Positions 1-9,442 of a stretch of DNA of 63,263 bases are shown piece by piece. Positions within the stretch are counted from its first letter, which is position 1. Each line of letters begins with the position of its first letter. Origin of the DNA: an uncultured Clostridia bacterium (GTDB lineage: Bacteria; Bacillota; Clostridia; Christensenellales; UBA1750); assembly GCA_944383925.1 (NCBI GenBank), contig CALWRM010000157.1, forward strand, positions 1 through 63,263, in the 5' to 3' direction. The position numbers and the translations under genes were made by a program. The notes under the pieces were generated by a model that was not told the origin of the DNA, searched no databases, and saw nothing but the letters and a program-made list of their open reading frames with translations.

Positions 1-2
1 GA

Positions 3-833
3 CGGGGCGAGGCGGCGGACACCCCGCCGGCCTTTTCGCCAAGGAACCCAACGTTGCTGGTCCACCAGAGCGCGTCCTTGGAAGAGCTGCTGTCGTCCCC
101 CGCGGACGAGCTGTATTGGCAGCCGATGGAACTTGGAGAGAACGCCTTGCAGGCGGGCTTGCCCCTTTTGCCAAGGAACAAGGCCTACCTTTCGCTCCCG
201 CCCTACTTAACGCAAGGGGAACTGGACGAGGTCTGGCGCGCGCTGCGGCCGTATCCGGAGCTGGGCGTGGTGGCCAATAACCTCTCCCAGCTGCGCCGCT
301 TTGCCGGAAGGCCGCTGCGTGCGGGCGAGGGCCTGAACGTCTTTAATTCCCAGACAGCTGCACAGCTGCGGGAGCTGGGGGTGGAGCGCGTCTGCGCAAG
401 CCCGGAATTGAGCCTGGCGGAAGCCAAGAAATTGGCCGCTCGCGCCCCCACGGAGCTCTTTGCGTGCGGCACGCGCACGCTCATGTGCATGCGGAGCTGC
501 CCCATCCGCGCCCAGCACGGCCTTGGGGCCAAGGGCAGGGAAAGCTGCTCCCTTTGCCACGGCCACGGCGCGACGCTGACCGACCGCAAGGGGGAGAAGC
601 TCCGGCTGCAACCCTACCGGACGGCAGGGGGCTGCACGCTCCTGCTGCAAGCGGCCCGCCCCTTCAACGCGATGCCGCGCCTGCGCCCGGAGGACCTGTC
701 GCCTTTTGTCGCCGTCAAGGTGATCGGCGGCGCGCAGGAAGCCCGTTACGTCAAGGCAGTCCTCTTGGGACGGGCGGTTTCGCTCCCTTTTCAAGGGGAA
801 GGTTCGGGCCAAATCCTGCGAGGCGTGGAATAA
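3..833 (+). CDS. 5'-truncated CDS, tentatively the C-terminal part of a U32-family peptidase-like protein
   Basis: Frame 3 is open from the window edge and stops at 831-833. Cys-rich segments (LFACGTRTLMCMRSCP, CSLCHGHG) are reminiscent of U32-like proteins. The assignment is tentative. Confidence 0.4.
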   Translation, partial: RGEAADTPPAFSPRNPTLLVHQSASLEELLSSPADELYWQPMELGENALQAGLPLLPRNKAYLSLPPYLTQGELDEVWRALRPYPELGVVANNLSQLRRFAGRPLRAGEGLNVFNSQTAAQLRELGVERVCASPELSLAEAKKLAARAPTELFACGTRTLMCMRSCPIRAQHGLGAKGRESCSLCHGHGATLTDRKGEKLRLQPYRTAGGCTLLLQAARPFNAMPRLRPEDLSPFVAVKVIGGAQEARYVKAVLLGRAVSLPFQGEGSGQILRGVE

Positions 834-865
834 GCGAAGCAAATTGAAATTGAGGTGAACGCACC

Positions 866-3238
866 ATGCAAGAACGATCCTTGCGCGTGTTGGAATTCAA
901 TAAGATCCGGGCGCAGCTGGCGGAGTTTGCCGCCACCGAGGCGGGCCGGGCCCGCTGCGAGGCCCTGCGCCCGATGGACGATCCCAAGCAAATCGAAAAG
1001 GCCCAAGCGGAGACCGAGGAGGCCGTGGTGCTGCTCAGCTTTGCGGGCGTGCAGCCGGTCAGCCCCTTTGACGACTGCACGGCGCAGATCGGCCGGGCGA
1101 AGGTCGGCTCCACGCTTTCGCCCAAGGAACTGCTGAACGTGGCAACCTTGATGCGGGCCAGCCGATATACCAAGCAAACCCTGCTCGCCAACGAGGAGAA
1201 GGCGGCCCAGGCTCCGCTCGTCTGCGGCCTGGCCAGCCTGCTATGCCCGACGAGGGCCTTGGAGGAGGAGATCGGCGCGGCCATCGTATCCGAAGAGGAG
1301 CTGGCCGACAACGCAAGCCCCAAGCTCGCCTCCATCCGACGCAAGATCCGCTCGGCCAACGAGCGCATCCGCGAAAAGCTCAACACCTACATCCACAGCC
1401 CGAGCTTTTCCAAATACCTGCAGGACCCCATCATCACCGTGCGCTCCGGCAGGTATGTGTTGCCCGTTAAGGCGGAGAACCGGCAAAACGTGCCCGGTCT
1501 GATCCACGACCAATCGGGTTCCGGCGCCACGCTGTTCATCGAGCCAATGGCCGTGGTGGAGATCAACAACTCCCTGCGGGAAATGGCGGCGGAAGAGAGG
1601 GAGGAGATCGAGCGCATCCTCGCCCAGCTTTCCGCAGGCGTCAGCGCCCATGCGGAGGCCCTGCTGGAAAACCAAAGGCTGTTGGCGGAGCTGGACTTCA
1701 TCTTTGCCAAGGGCGCCCTTTCCAGGGCGATGTTTGCCTGCCAGCCCAAGCTCAACCAGGAGGGACGCATCCTCATCAAGCGCGGGAGGCATCCCCTGAT
1801 CGACCGCGAGCAGGTGGTGCCCCTGGATCTTTGGATCGGCCAGGACTTCACCTCCCTGGTGATCACGGGCCCCAACACCGGCGGCAAGACCGTCACGCTC
1901 AAGACCGTCGGCCTGTTCACGCTGATGATGCAGGCGGGCCTGCAGGTGCCCGCGGAGCTAGGCACGGAGCTTTCCGTGTTTGACGACGTGTTTGCCGACA
2001 TCGGTGACGAACAATCCATCGAGCAAAGCCTCTCCACCTTCTCCTCCCATATGACCAACATCGTGGACATCCTCGGCCAGGTAAGCTCCCGTTCCTTGGC
2101 CCTGTTCGACGAGCTGGGGGCTGGCACGGACCCGACGGAGGGAGCGGCGCTGGCCATGGCCATCCTGGACACCCTGCTCAAGCGGGGCACGGTAACGCTG
2201 GCCACCACCCATTATGCGGAGCTGAAGGCCTATGCCTTGACAACGCCCGGGGTAAAGAACGCCTCCGTGGAGTTCAATGTGCAGACCCTCCGGCCCACCT
2301 ACCGGCTTTCCATCGGCGTGCCCGGCAAGTCCAACGCCTTTGAGATCTCCAAGAAGCTGGGCCTCTCCCAGGGCATCATCGACTTGGCCCGCCAACTGAT
2401 TCCCAAGGAACAGCTGCACTTTGAGGATGTCATCTCCACCGCGGAAACCCATCGCCAAATCGCGGAGCAGGAACGCCAGCTGGCGGCCGCGGCCCACGAC
2501 GAGACCGTTCGCCTGCGCGACGAGGCGGAAAAGGAGCGCAAAAAGCTGGAGGAGATGCGCGCCAAGCTGATGCAAAAGGCCCGCGAGGATGCCCGCCGCC
2601 TGGTCCGCCGCGCCCAAGAGGAGGCCGAGCAGACCATCCGCGAGCTGAAAAAGGCCGCCGAGGCCGGGGAAAACCGGGACCGCGCCGCCATGGAAACCCG
2701 CCAGAGGCTGCAAAAGAACCTGGACTCCCTGCAGGATCCCCTAAGCACGGAAACGCCCCTGAGCCCGCAGGCGGCTTTGACGCAGGTGCGCCTGGGCCAG
2801 ACCGTCTACGTGCCCGCGTTGGATCTGGAGGCCACCGTGTTGGCCCTGCCCAACAAAAACGGCGAGGTGTCGTTGCAGGCGGGCGTCATCAAGTTGCAGC
2901 GTCCCCTGTCCGAGCTGCTCCCGCCCAAGAACGGACCAAAGCCGGGCAAAAAGGCGCCGGCCAAGCCGTCCATGGCGGGGCTTCGAACCGCCAATGTACC
3001 CTTGGAAATCGACGTCCGGGGTCAGCTGCCCGAGGAGGCGCTGGACAATGTGGATAAATACTTGGACGACGCCATGCTGGCCGGACTCAGCGAGGTTTCC
3101 ATCGTGCACGGCAAGGGAACGGGCGTGCTGCGCAACGAGATCACCCAACACCTGCGCCACCACCCCCATGTGGCGGAAAGCCGCCTCGGACGCTACGGCG
3201 AGGGGGAGAGCGGCGTGACGGTGGTCAAGCTGAAATAG
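866..3238 (+). CDS. mutS2: Endonuclease MutS2 (MutS domain V ATPase plus C-terminal Smr domain)
   Basis: 790 aa. Walker A motif ITGPNTGGKTV, DELGAGTDP motif, coiled-coil region, and a C-terminal Smr-like end (IVHGKGTGVLR). GAGGTG SD lies upstream of the ATG. Confidence 0.95.
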   Translation: MQERSLRVLEFNKIRAQLAEFAATEAGRARCEALRPMDDPKQIEKAQAETEEAVVLLSFAGVQPVSPFDDCTAQIGRAKVGSTLSPKELLNVATLMRASRYTKQTLLANEEKAAQAPLVCGLASLLCPTRALEEEIGAAIVSEEELADNASPKLASIRRKIRSANERIREKLNTYIHSPSFSKYLQDPIITVRSGRYVLPVKAENRQNVPGLIHDQSGSGATLFIEPMAVVEINNSLREMAAEEREEIERILAQLSAGVSAHAEALLENQRLLAELDFIFAKGALSRAMFACQPKLNQEGRILIKRGRHPLIDREQVVPLDLWIGQDFTSLVITGPNTGGKTVTLKTVGLFTLMMQAGLQVPAELGTELSVFDDVFADIGDEQSIEQSLSTFSSHMTNIVDILGQVSSRSLALFDELGAGTDPTEGAALAMAILDTLLKRGTVTLATTHYAELKAYALTTPGVKNASVEFNVQTLRPTYRLSIGVPGKSNAFEISKKLGLSQGIIDLARQLIPKEQLHFEDVISTAETHRQIAEQERQLAAAAHDETVRLRDEAEKERKKLEEMRAKLMQKAREDARRLVRRAQEEAEQTIRELKKAAEAGENRDRAAMETRQRLQKNLDSLQDPLSTETPLSPQAALTQVRLGQTVYVPALDLEATVLALPNKNGEVSLQAGVIKLQRPLSELLPPKNGPKPGKKAPAKPSMAGLRTANVPLEIDVRGQLPEEALDNVDKYLDDAMLAGLSEVSIVHGKGTGVLRNEITQHLRHHPHVAESRLGRYGEGESGVTVVKLK

Positions 3239-3268
3239 AAAGACGCGACGAAAGGAGGTTCCAGGCAA

Positions 3269-3955
3269 GTGGAAAAGATGCGCGTGTTGGTCGTGGACGA
3301 CGATCCAAACATCGGCCAGCTGATCAAGCTATATTTGGAAAAGGAGGGCTTTGAACCCCAGGTGGTTGTGCGGGGCGACGACGCCCTGAACGCCTTTCGC
3401 AAAAACCCGCCCCACATCGTGCTGCTGGACCTGATGTTGCCCGGCATGGACGGCTGGCAGGTCTGCCGGGAGATCCGGAAGATCTCCTCCATCCCCATCA
3501 TCATGCTCACCGCCAAGGACGAAACCTTCGACAAGGTGCTGGGCCTGGAGCTTGGGGCGGATGACTACGTGACTAAGCCCTTTGACCCCAAGGAGCTCAT
3601 CGCCCGGGTGAAGGCGGTTCTCCGCCGCACCCAAGCCGTCGCCGCGCCGGAAAAGGAGCTCGCCTTCCCCAATCTGGTGATCAACATGTCCACCTATGTG
3701 GTGACCTACGCGGGCAAGGAAATCGAAATGCCTCCTAAGGAGATCGAGCTGCTGTATTTCCTGGCGAGCCACGCCAATAAGGTGTTCACGCGCGACCAGC
3801 TGCTGGAACATGTGTGGGGCTTTGATTATTTCGGCGACTCGCGCACCGTGGATGTGCACATCAAGCGTGTGCGCGAGAAGCTGCAGGGCTGCGAGCAATA
3901 CGGCTGGTTCATCAAGACCGTTTGGAGCGTCGGCTATAAGTTTGAGGTGAAGTGA
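3269..3955 (+). CDS. OmpR/PhoB-family response regulator (CssR-like by context)
   Basis: Receiver domain (VLVVDDD...LLDLMLPGMDG) plus winged-helix C-terminus (TVDVHIKRVREKL...VGYKF). GGAGG lies 10 nt upstream of the GTG start. Confidence 0.9.
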   Translation: MEKMRVLVVDDDPNIGQLIKLYLEKEGFEPQVVVRGDDALNAFRKNPPHIVLLDLMLPGMDGWQVCREIRKISSIPIIMLTAKDETFDKVLGLELGADDYVTKPFDPKELIARVKAVLRRTQAVAAPEKELAFPNLVINMSTYVVTYAGKEIEMPPKEIELLYFLASHANKVFTRDQLLEHVWGFDYFGDSRTVDVHIKRVREKLQGCEQYGWFIKTVWSVGYKFEVK

Positions 3956-5406
3956 TGTTTCGTAGGTTGTTCTCCCGCCTGTTTTTCAATAGCATGGTGG
4001 TGTTGTTGGCCGCCATCGGCGTGTTCGGCCTGGTGCTTGGAAACATTCTGTCCGAAACCCAGTACCAAACCGTCGTGCGGCAGATGGTGGAGGACGCCAA
4101 GGACATCGCCCAAAACTACAACTACCTGCTCAACAGGCAGATCAGCGGCCAGGTGATGGCGGACGCCATCTCCGGCGTTGCGGAAGACTCGGAGCTGTGG
4201 TTTATCGGGCGCAACGGGCTCACCATTTCCGTCACGGGCCTTGGCGATGAGGACGCTCCAGCCGTCGTTTCCGATGACACGGAGGAATATGTGAGCCAGG
4301 TGGCCCAAAGCGGCCAGACGATCGTGCTGGAGGGCGCCTATGACCAGTTCTTTGGCATTCCCATCATCACCGTCGTTACGCCCCTCTTCAACGGCGAGCA
4401 GCAGATCGGCGCCCTTTTCCTGCACAGGAGCCTTTCCCTGATTCGCCTTTCCCTGTCCAATCTGTTGATGATGCTCTATCCCGGCATCTTCATCGCCATC
4501 GGCATCGGTCTGTTGCTCTCCTATACCATGACGGTGCGGATCTCCAAGCCCCTCTCGGACATGTCCGCCGCCGCCAAGAAGCTCTCCATGGGCGATATGA
4601 GCGTGCGCCTGGATGAAAGCAGCATGGAGGAGGTCAACGAGCTGGCCACCACCTTCAACGCCATGGTGGACAGCCTCTCCAACATGGAGGAAATGCGCAG
4701 GGGCTTCGTGGCCAACGTCTCCCACGAGCTGCGTTCGCCCATCACCTCCATTGCCGGCTACCTGCAGGGCATGCTGGACGGCACCATCCCCGAGTCGGAG
4801 CATAGACGGTATATGCAGGTGGTCTACGACGAAACCCAGCGGCTTTCCAGGCTTATCCGCGATCTGCTGGACCTGTCCAGGATCGAGAGCGGTTCCGTGC
4901 CGCTCAACCCGGTGGATTTTGATATCTGTGAGCTGCTAAGAAGGGTGTTGATCAAGTTCGAGGGCAGGCTGGAAGGCAAAAACATGGAGCTGGACATGCA
5001 GATGCCCGACGATCCCCTGTACGTGCATGCGGACGTGGATAGGATCGAGCAGGTGGTCTCCAACCTGATCGACAACGCGATCAAGTTCTGCGGGCAATAC
5101 GGAAAGATCACCATCGGCGCCAGCGCGCAAAACGGCATCCTGACCCTATTTGTGCAGGATGACGGCGCCGGCATCAAGGAAGAGGACCTGCCCCACGTGT
5201 TTGAACGCTTCTATAAAGCTGACAAGGCCCATACCTCCGGCCTGGGTACGGGCCTGGGCTTGTCCATCGTCAAGAAGATCTTGGAGCAACACGGCCAAAG
5301 AATCACGGTGGAGTCCAAGGTCGGGCAGGGGGCCAAGTTCAGCTTTACCTTGGCCTTGGCCAAGCCCGCGAGGAAAGAGGAAAAGCCAGCAAGGCCGGAA
5401 GAATGA
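3952..5406 (+). CDS. Sensor histidine kinase (two TM segments, HAMP, HisKA, HATPase_c)
   Basis: H-box FVANVSHELRSP and N/G boxes (NLIDNAIKF, DDGAGI, GTGLGLSI). ATG 3955 overlaps the regulator's TGA stop (TGATG coupling). Confidence 0.9.
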   Translation: MMFRRLFSRLFFNSMVVLLAAIGVFGLVLGNILSETQYQTVVRQMVEDAKDIAQNYNYLLNRQISGQVMADAISGVAEDSELWFIGRNGLTISVTGLGDEDAPAVVSDDTEEYVSQVAQSGQTIVLEGAYDQFFGIPIITVVTPLFNGEQQIGALFLHRSLSLIRLSLSNLLMMLYPGIFIAIGIGLLLSYTMTVRISKPLSDMSAAAKKLSMGDMSVRLDESSMEEVNELATTFNAMVDSLSNMEEMRRGFVANVSHELRSPITSIAGYLQGMLDGTIPESEHRRYMQVVYDETQRLSRLIRDLLDLSRIESGSVPLNPVDFDICELLRRVLIKFEGRLEGKNMELDMQMPDDPLYVHADVDRIEQVVSNLIDNAIKFCGQYGKITIGASAQNGILTLFVQDDGAGIKEEDLPHVFERFYKADKAHTSGLGTGLGLSIVKKILEQHGQRITVESKVGQGAKFSFTLALAKPARKEEKPARPEE

Positions 5407-5412
5407 CGAGCA

Positions 5413-5455
5413 AAAAATGCCCTTGCCCTTTCGCGCTGGGCAAGGGCATTTTTCT
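5413..5455 (+). terminator. Intrinsic terminator after the kinase gene
   Basis: Perfect 12-bp stem ATGCCCTTGCCC / GGGCAAGGGCAT (5417-5428 / 5438-5449), flanked by an A-tract and followed by TTTTT. Confidence 0.8.
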
Positions 5456-5485
5456 GCGTTATTGCCGGTGTTTTTCCTCGATTTG

Positions 5486-5538
5486 TTCACAACAATTCAC
5501 AGGGCGTTCATACCTTTGCAAAAAGCCAGCGCTATACT
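5486..5538 (+). promoter_or_regulatory. Candidate response-regulator binding site and -10 element upstream of htrA
   Basis: Three direct hexamers with 10-11 bp phasing: TTCACA (5486-5491), TTCACA (5496-5501), TTCATA (5507-5512). The last one lies over the expected -35 position of a TATACT -10 box (5533-5538). Confidence 0.4.
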
Positions 5539-5572
5539 TTGACCATCAGGTTGATTCAAGGAGGCGTTATTT

Positions 5573-6814
5573 ATGAGTATGTATAACAGCGATTACAACA
5601 ATAACGGCAACAACAACCACCGCGGGGGCATGGGGTGGCTCATCGTTTCCGTGGCGCTGGTGATGCTCATCGTCGGAGGCATGTTCGGGGCGATCCTGGT
5701 CAGAGGCAACCAGAGCGCCACGGAAGACCAGTTGATCGAGTCCACCACCCAGCCGGAAGAGGCCACGGCCACCCCGTCCGCCACGGAAGAGCCCGCCGAG
5801 GAGAGCCCGAGCACGGCCATCGATCCTGATTTCAGCTTCCCCGAAGTGGACCCGGCTGAAACGATGGACGCCTTTTCCACCCACGTGGCGGATCTCGTTT
5901 CTCAGGTTGAGGATTCCGTCGTGGGTATCGCAAACTACACGCAGGCCATGTTTATGGATGGCACCGCGGAGGTTGCCCAGGGCTCCGGCTCGGGCGTGAT
6001 CGTCTCCGAGGACGGCTATGTGGTCACCAACTACCACGTCATCAGCGACGCCAGCAAGGTGACGGTGCTCATGCATGACGGCGAGGAGATCGAGGCACAG
6101 GTGATCGGCTACGATTCCGTGCTGGACATCGCCCTTTTGAAGATCGATCGGACCGGCCTGACCGCCGCTAAGCTCGGGGATTCCGACAGCGTGCGCACCG
6201 GCGAGTTCGCCCTGGCCATCGGCAGCCCCCTTGGCAATGAGCTGGCCGGCACCGTGACCTTCGGCACCATCTCCGCCGCGGAGAGGGAACTGACGCTCAG
6301 CGACGGCTACACCGTTGAGATGATCCAGACCGACGCCGCCATCAACCCCGGCAATTCCGGCGGCGCGTTGATCAACATGAACGGCGAGGTCATCGGCATC
6401 AACTCCCGCAAGAATTCCGGCATGACTTCCGACGGCGCCGAGATCGAGGGCCTGGGCTTTGCCATCCCCATCAACCAGGTGAAGCCCGTGGTGGAGGAGC
6501 TGATCCAGACCGGCACCATCAAGCGCCCCGGCCTTGGCGTGACCTGCAGGCTGTTGCAGGGCTACAACTCCCGCTATGAGGTCATCTACGGCATGGAGGT
6601 TGTGGAAGTGACCGAGGGCTCCGGCGCCGATATCGCCGGCCTGCAGTCCGGCGACATCATCCTGGAGCTGGATGGCGAGGCCATTCAGTCCGACACGGCC
6701 ATGCGCGCCTGGCTGTATTCCAAGCAGATTGGCGATGTTGTGGAGTTGACCGTGCAGCGCAACGGGGAGAAGTTTACCGTGCAGGTAACCCTCACCGAGA
6801 TCGCGGCGAGCTAA
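5573..6814 (+). CDS. htrA: HtrA/DegP-family serine protease (N-terminal TM anchor, trypsin-like domain, PDZ domain)
   Basis: 413 aa. Catalytic-triad contexts NYHV, DIALLKI and GNSGGAL. C-terminal PDZ-like region. AAGGAGG SD upstream. Confidence 0.9.
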   Translation: MSMYNSDYNNNGNNNHRGGMGWLIVSVALVMLIVGGMFGAILVRGNQSATEDQLIESTTQPEEATATPSATEEPAEESPSTAIDPDFSFPEVDPAETMDAFSTHVADLVSQVEDSVVGIANYTQAMFMDGTAEVAQGSGSGVIVSEDGYVVTNYHVISDASKVTVLMHDGEEIEAQVIGYDSVLDIALLKIDRTGLTAAKLGDSDSVRTGEFALAIGSPLGNELAGTVTFGTISAAERELTLSDGYTVEMIQTDAAINPGNSGGALINMNGEVIGINSRKNSGMTSDGAEIEGLGFAIPINQVKPVVEELIQTGTIKRPGLGVTCRLLQGYNSRYEVIYGMEVVEVTEGSGADIAGLQSGDIILELDGEAIQSDTAMRAWLYSKQIGDVVELTVQRNGEKFTVQVTLTEIAAS

Positions 6815-6829
6815 AGGGGTTTCCCGAAC

Positions 6830-6866
6830 AAAGGGGGATCGAAGCAAGGCTTCGGTCCCCCTTCTT
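6830..6866 (+). terminator. Intrinsic terminator after htrA
   Basis: 15-nt arms AAGGGGGATCGAAGC / GCTTCGGTCCCCCTT with one G-U pair, followed by TTCTTG. Confidence 0.6.
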
Positions 6867-6974
6867 GATGTTGCAAAAAGGCGGAGCTTCCTCGCCGTTG
6901 CCGCCGGGCCCTCCGGCCTAAGCCGCGATGAGGGGGCATATACTCTGTTGAATGGGAAAAGGAGGATGTATGAC

Positions 6975-7238
6975 ATGGACAAGGCGAGGATTGCGGACGC
7001 GCTGGGCCTGCCGCGCAGCACCCTCACCGGAGAGCTGCGTCTGCATTTTGACGGCAACAGCCGCCTGGTCATTGAGGGCCATCGGGGCTTGCAGGAATAC
7101 GCGCCGGAACGCATACGCCTGCGCGGGCGCCGCCTTTGCCTGGAGGTGCTCGGCCGGGAGCTGGCGCTGGAATCCATCAGCGTGGAAGACATGGTGGTGG
7201 TGGGGGAGATCGATTCCGTGGGCTTTGAACAGGGCTGA
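6975..7238 (+). CDS. yqfC: Sporulation protein YqfC (YabP family)
   Basis: YabP-like sequence (LTGELRLHFDGNSRLVIEGHRGLQEY...). ATG 6975 lies 9 nt after the AAAGGAGG SD. The track start 6948 and ATG 6966 sit on top of the SD. Confidence 0.8.
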   Translation: MDKARIADALGLPRSTLTGELRLHFDGNSRLVIEGHRGLQEYAPERIRLRGRRLCLEVLGRELALESISVEDMVVVGEIDSVGFEQG

Positions 7239-7257
7239 GACGGGGGAGGCAGGCGGC

Positions 7258-8421
7258 ATGGAGTTTTTCACCGGAAGCGTCACGGTTCGGCTGCTGGGCA
7301 AGCTTTCAGCGGCAAAGCTGACGCAGATAGCCCAACACATTCCGCTGAAGAATGTGCGTAGAACAAAGGACGGGGTGGTGCTGGAGCTGCCCCTTGGGGA
7401 TGTGCGCGCCCTGCGGACGCTGCTGCGCGGGCAGGGAATGCGCATGCGCGTGCTCAAGCGCCGGGGCTTGCCCTTTCTGCGCGTCCTGTTGCGCCGCAGC
7501 GCCTCTTTTTGGGTGGCGGCCACGGCCGCGCTGCTCGTGCTCGTTTACCTGAGCAGCACCGTGCTGGAGGTTCGGATCTCCGGCGTGCAGAATGCCGCGC
7601 GCCTGTCTTCCCTCCAGCAACAGCTGCAGGAGCTTGGCGTGCAGCGGGGTGCCGCCCTTGGAAGCATCGACAAGCGGCAGGTGGAGGAGGCGGTCCAGCA
7701 GGCCCACCCCGAGCTGACCTACGTTTCCCTTCGCAGGCGCGGAACCTCGCTGGAGCTCTTCGTGGTGGAGGCGACGGACCCGCCGGAAATCTTTGACCGC
7801 AACCAGCCCGTGGACGTGGTGGCGGGCAGCGCCGGCCTCATCGTCGGCGTGACGGTCTTTTCCGGCACCGCCCTGGTGCAGCCCGGCGACACGGTTCGCC
7901 AAGGACAGGTGCTCATCCAAGGGGTGGACCACAATGGTGCTCCCTGCCACGCATCCGGCCAGGTGACGGCGAGGCTTTGGCATCGCGGCGCGGGCCAGGC
8001 AGACCTGTATCAGGAGCAGCGCCAAACGACAGGTAGGCAGTTTACGGATACTCGCCTAAGCGTCTTGGGCTTTGAACTGCCCTGGTTTCAAAAGGAGAAC
8101 GGCTTTGCCTGCTATGATGTCTCGCACCAGAAGGGGAGGCTTCTGGACGGCTTGTTTTTTCCGATTGAATGGGATAAAATAACCGTATATGAAGTCGTCA
8201 GCTCGCAGGCGCGCAGGGAGTATGACGAGGTTGCCAGACAAGCGGCGCAGCGTGCGCTCACGGACGCCCTAAACCTGATTCCAAACGGTGCGCGGGTTGT
8301 TGACAAACGCTTGGAATATAGTAAGATAGGAAATGAAAAACTATTGGCGACGCTTACCCTGGAAACCCTTGCCGAAATCGGCGTGCAGGTGGAAGGAGCG
8401 GGCGTCGCCCGGGAGGAATAG
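7258..8421 (+). CDS. yqfD: Sporulation protein YqfD
   Basis: MEFFTGSVTVRL... N-terminus, one TM segment, and a YqfD-like C-terminal domain. GGGGGAGG SD lies upstream of ATG 7258. Gene order yqfC-yqfD-phoH matches other Firmicutes. Confidence 0.85.
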   Translation: MEFFTGSVTVRLLGKLSAAKLTQIAQHIPLKNVRRTKDGVVLELPLGDVRALRTLLRGQGMRMRVLKRRGLPFLRVLLRRSASFWVAATAALLVLVYLSSTVLEVRISGVQNAARLSSLQQQLQELGVQRGAALGSIDKRQVEEAVQQAHPELTYVSLRRRGTSLELFVVEATDPPEIFDRNQPVDVVAGSAGLIVGVTVFSGTALVQPGDTVRQGQVLIQGVDHNGAPCHASGQVTARLWHRGAGQADLYQEQRQTTGRQFTDTRLSVLGFELPWFQKENGFACYDVSHQKGRLLDGLFFPIEWDKITVYEVVSSQARREYDEVARQAAQRALTDALNLIPNGARVVDKRLEYSKIGNEKLLATLTLETLAEIGVQVEGAGVAREE

Positions 8422-8426
8422 TCCGT

Positions 8427-9404
8427 TTGGAAAGTGAAAGCCTTGTTCGACGGGCGTTGGACCTGGACTCCATGGAGCAGGTGCTGGCCCTGTTCGGCAA
8501 TCTAGACGAAAACGCGGAAACCATCATGAGCCGTACCGGCACCAGGATCAGTGCGGAAGGGCCGCAGATTCTCGTCAGCGGCGAGGAAGAAAACGTGGAG
8601 CTGGCCGTAACCGTGCTCAACAAGCTGGTGGCCATGCTTCGCCGCAAGGAGCGCATCGACAAGTCCCGCATCAACTATGCGGTGGAGCTGGCCCGGGAGG
8701 GCCAAGCGGACATGATCGACGCCATCATGCAGGACGTCATCGCCATCACCGCCCGGGGAAGACAGGTGCGCTGCAAGACGCTTGGACAGCGGCAATATGT
8801 CGAGGCCATCAAGAAGAACATTGTCACCTTTGCCACAGGCCCTGCGGGCACGGGCAAGACCTATTTGGCCATGGCCATGGCCGTGGTGGCGTTTAAGAAC
8901 AAAGAGGTGGAGCGCATCGTGCTCACGCGCCCTGCCGTGGAGGCCGGTGAAAAGCTGGGCTTTTTGCCTGGAGACCTGCAAAACAAGGTGGACCCCTATT
9001 TGCGACCCCTATACGATGCGCTCTATGAGCTGATGGGCCTGGAAAACTTCCAGAAATTGCAGGAGCGCGGGGCCATCGAGGTTGCCCCCCTGGCCTATAT
9101 GCGCGGCCGAACCCTGAACGACAGCTTCATCATCCTGGACGAGGCGCAAAATACCACCTGCGAGCAGATGAAGATGTTCCTGACGCGCTTTGGCATGGGC
9201 TCCAAGGTGGTGGTCACCGGCGACATGACCCAGATCGACCTGCCCCTTGGCAAGCGCAGCGGGCTAAAGGAAGCCGTGGAGGTACTCAAGGGCGTGGACG
9301 ACATTGCCGTGGTGGAGTTGACCCACCGGGATGTCGTGCGGCACGAGCTGGTACAAGCCATCGTGCGCGCCTATGAAAAATACGAAAAACGCGCAGGCCG
9401 CTAA
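8427..9404 (+). CDS. phoH: PhoH-family ATPase (YbeZ/PhoH-like)
   Basis: Walker A motif GPAGTGKTYLAM, Walker B motif FIILDEAQN, and GDMTQIDLP. TTG start lies 10 nt after GGGAGG. Confidence 0.9.
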   Translation: MESESLVRRALDLDSMEQVLALFGNLDENAETIMSRTGTRISAEGPQILVSGEEENVELAVTVLNKLVAMLRRKERIDKSRINYAVELAREGQADMIDAIMQDVIAITARGRQVRCKTLGQRQYVEAIKKNIVTFATGPAGTGKTYLAMAMAVVAFKNKEVERIVLTRPAVEAGEKLGFLPGDLQNKVDPYLRPLYDALYELMGLENFQKLQERGAIEVAPLAYMRGRTLNDSFIILDEAQNTTCEQMKMFLTRFGMGSKVVVTGDMTQIDLPLGKRSGLKEAVEVLKGVDDIAVVELTHRDVVRHELVQAIVRAYEKYEKRAGR

Positions 9405-9442
9405 GACGGCCCAAGGCGCGGACGAGTGAAGGAGAGAGCGCC

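Noticed and set aside
6867-6974. Possible sigma-E/sigma-K promoter (GCATATACT) upstream of yqfC
   Set aside because: It matches the CATACAnT-type -10 element only partially and has no convincing -35, so it is too weak to report as a feature.
5567-7192. 541-aa minus-strand ORF covering the htrA region
   Set aside because: It is antisense to a confidently identified HtrA protease. The composition is Ala/Gly/Arg/His-rich and low-complexity, there is no SD, and this is a typical high-GC mirror ORF.
6952-7257. N-terminal extensions of track ORFs (6952-7257 before yqfD, 16032-16460 before the methyltransferase, 35993-36262 before mutS, 61218-61652 before spoIIIAA)
   Set aside because: The extensions overlap upstream genes or terminators, are compositionally odd, and lack an SD. 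Internal ATGs with SD motifs give canonical family N-termini.
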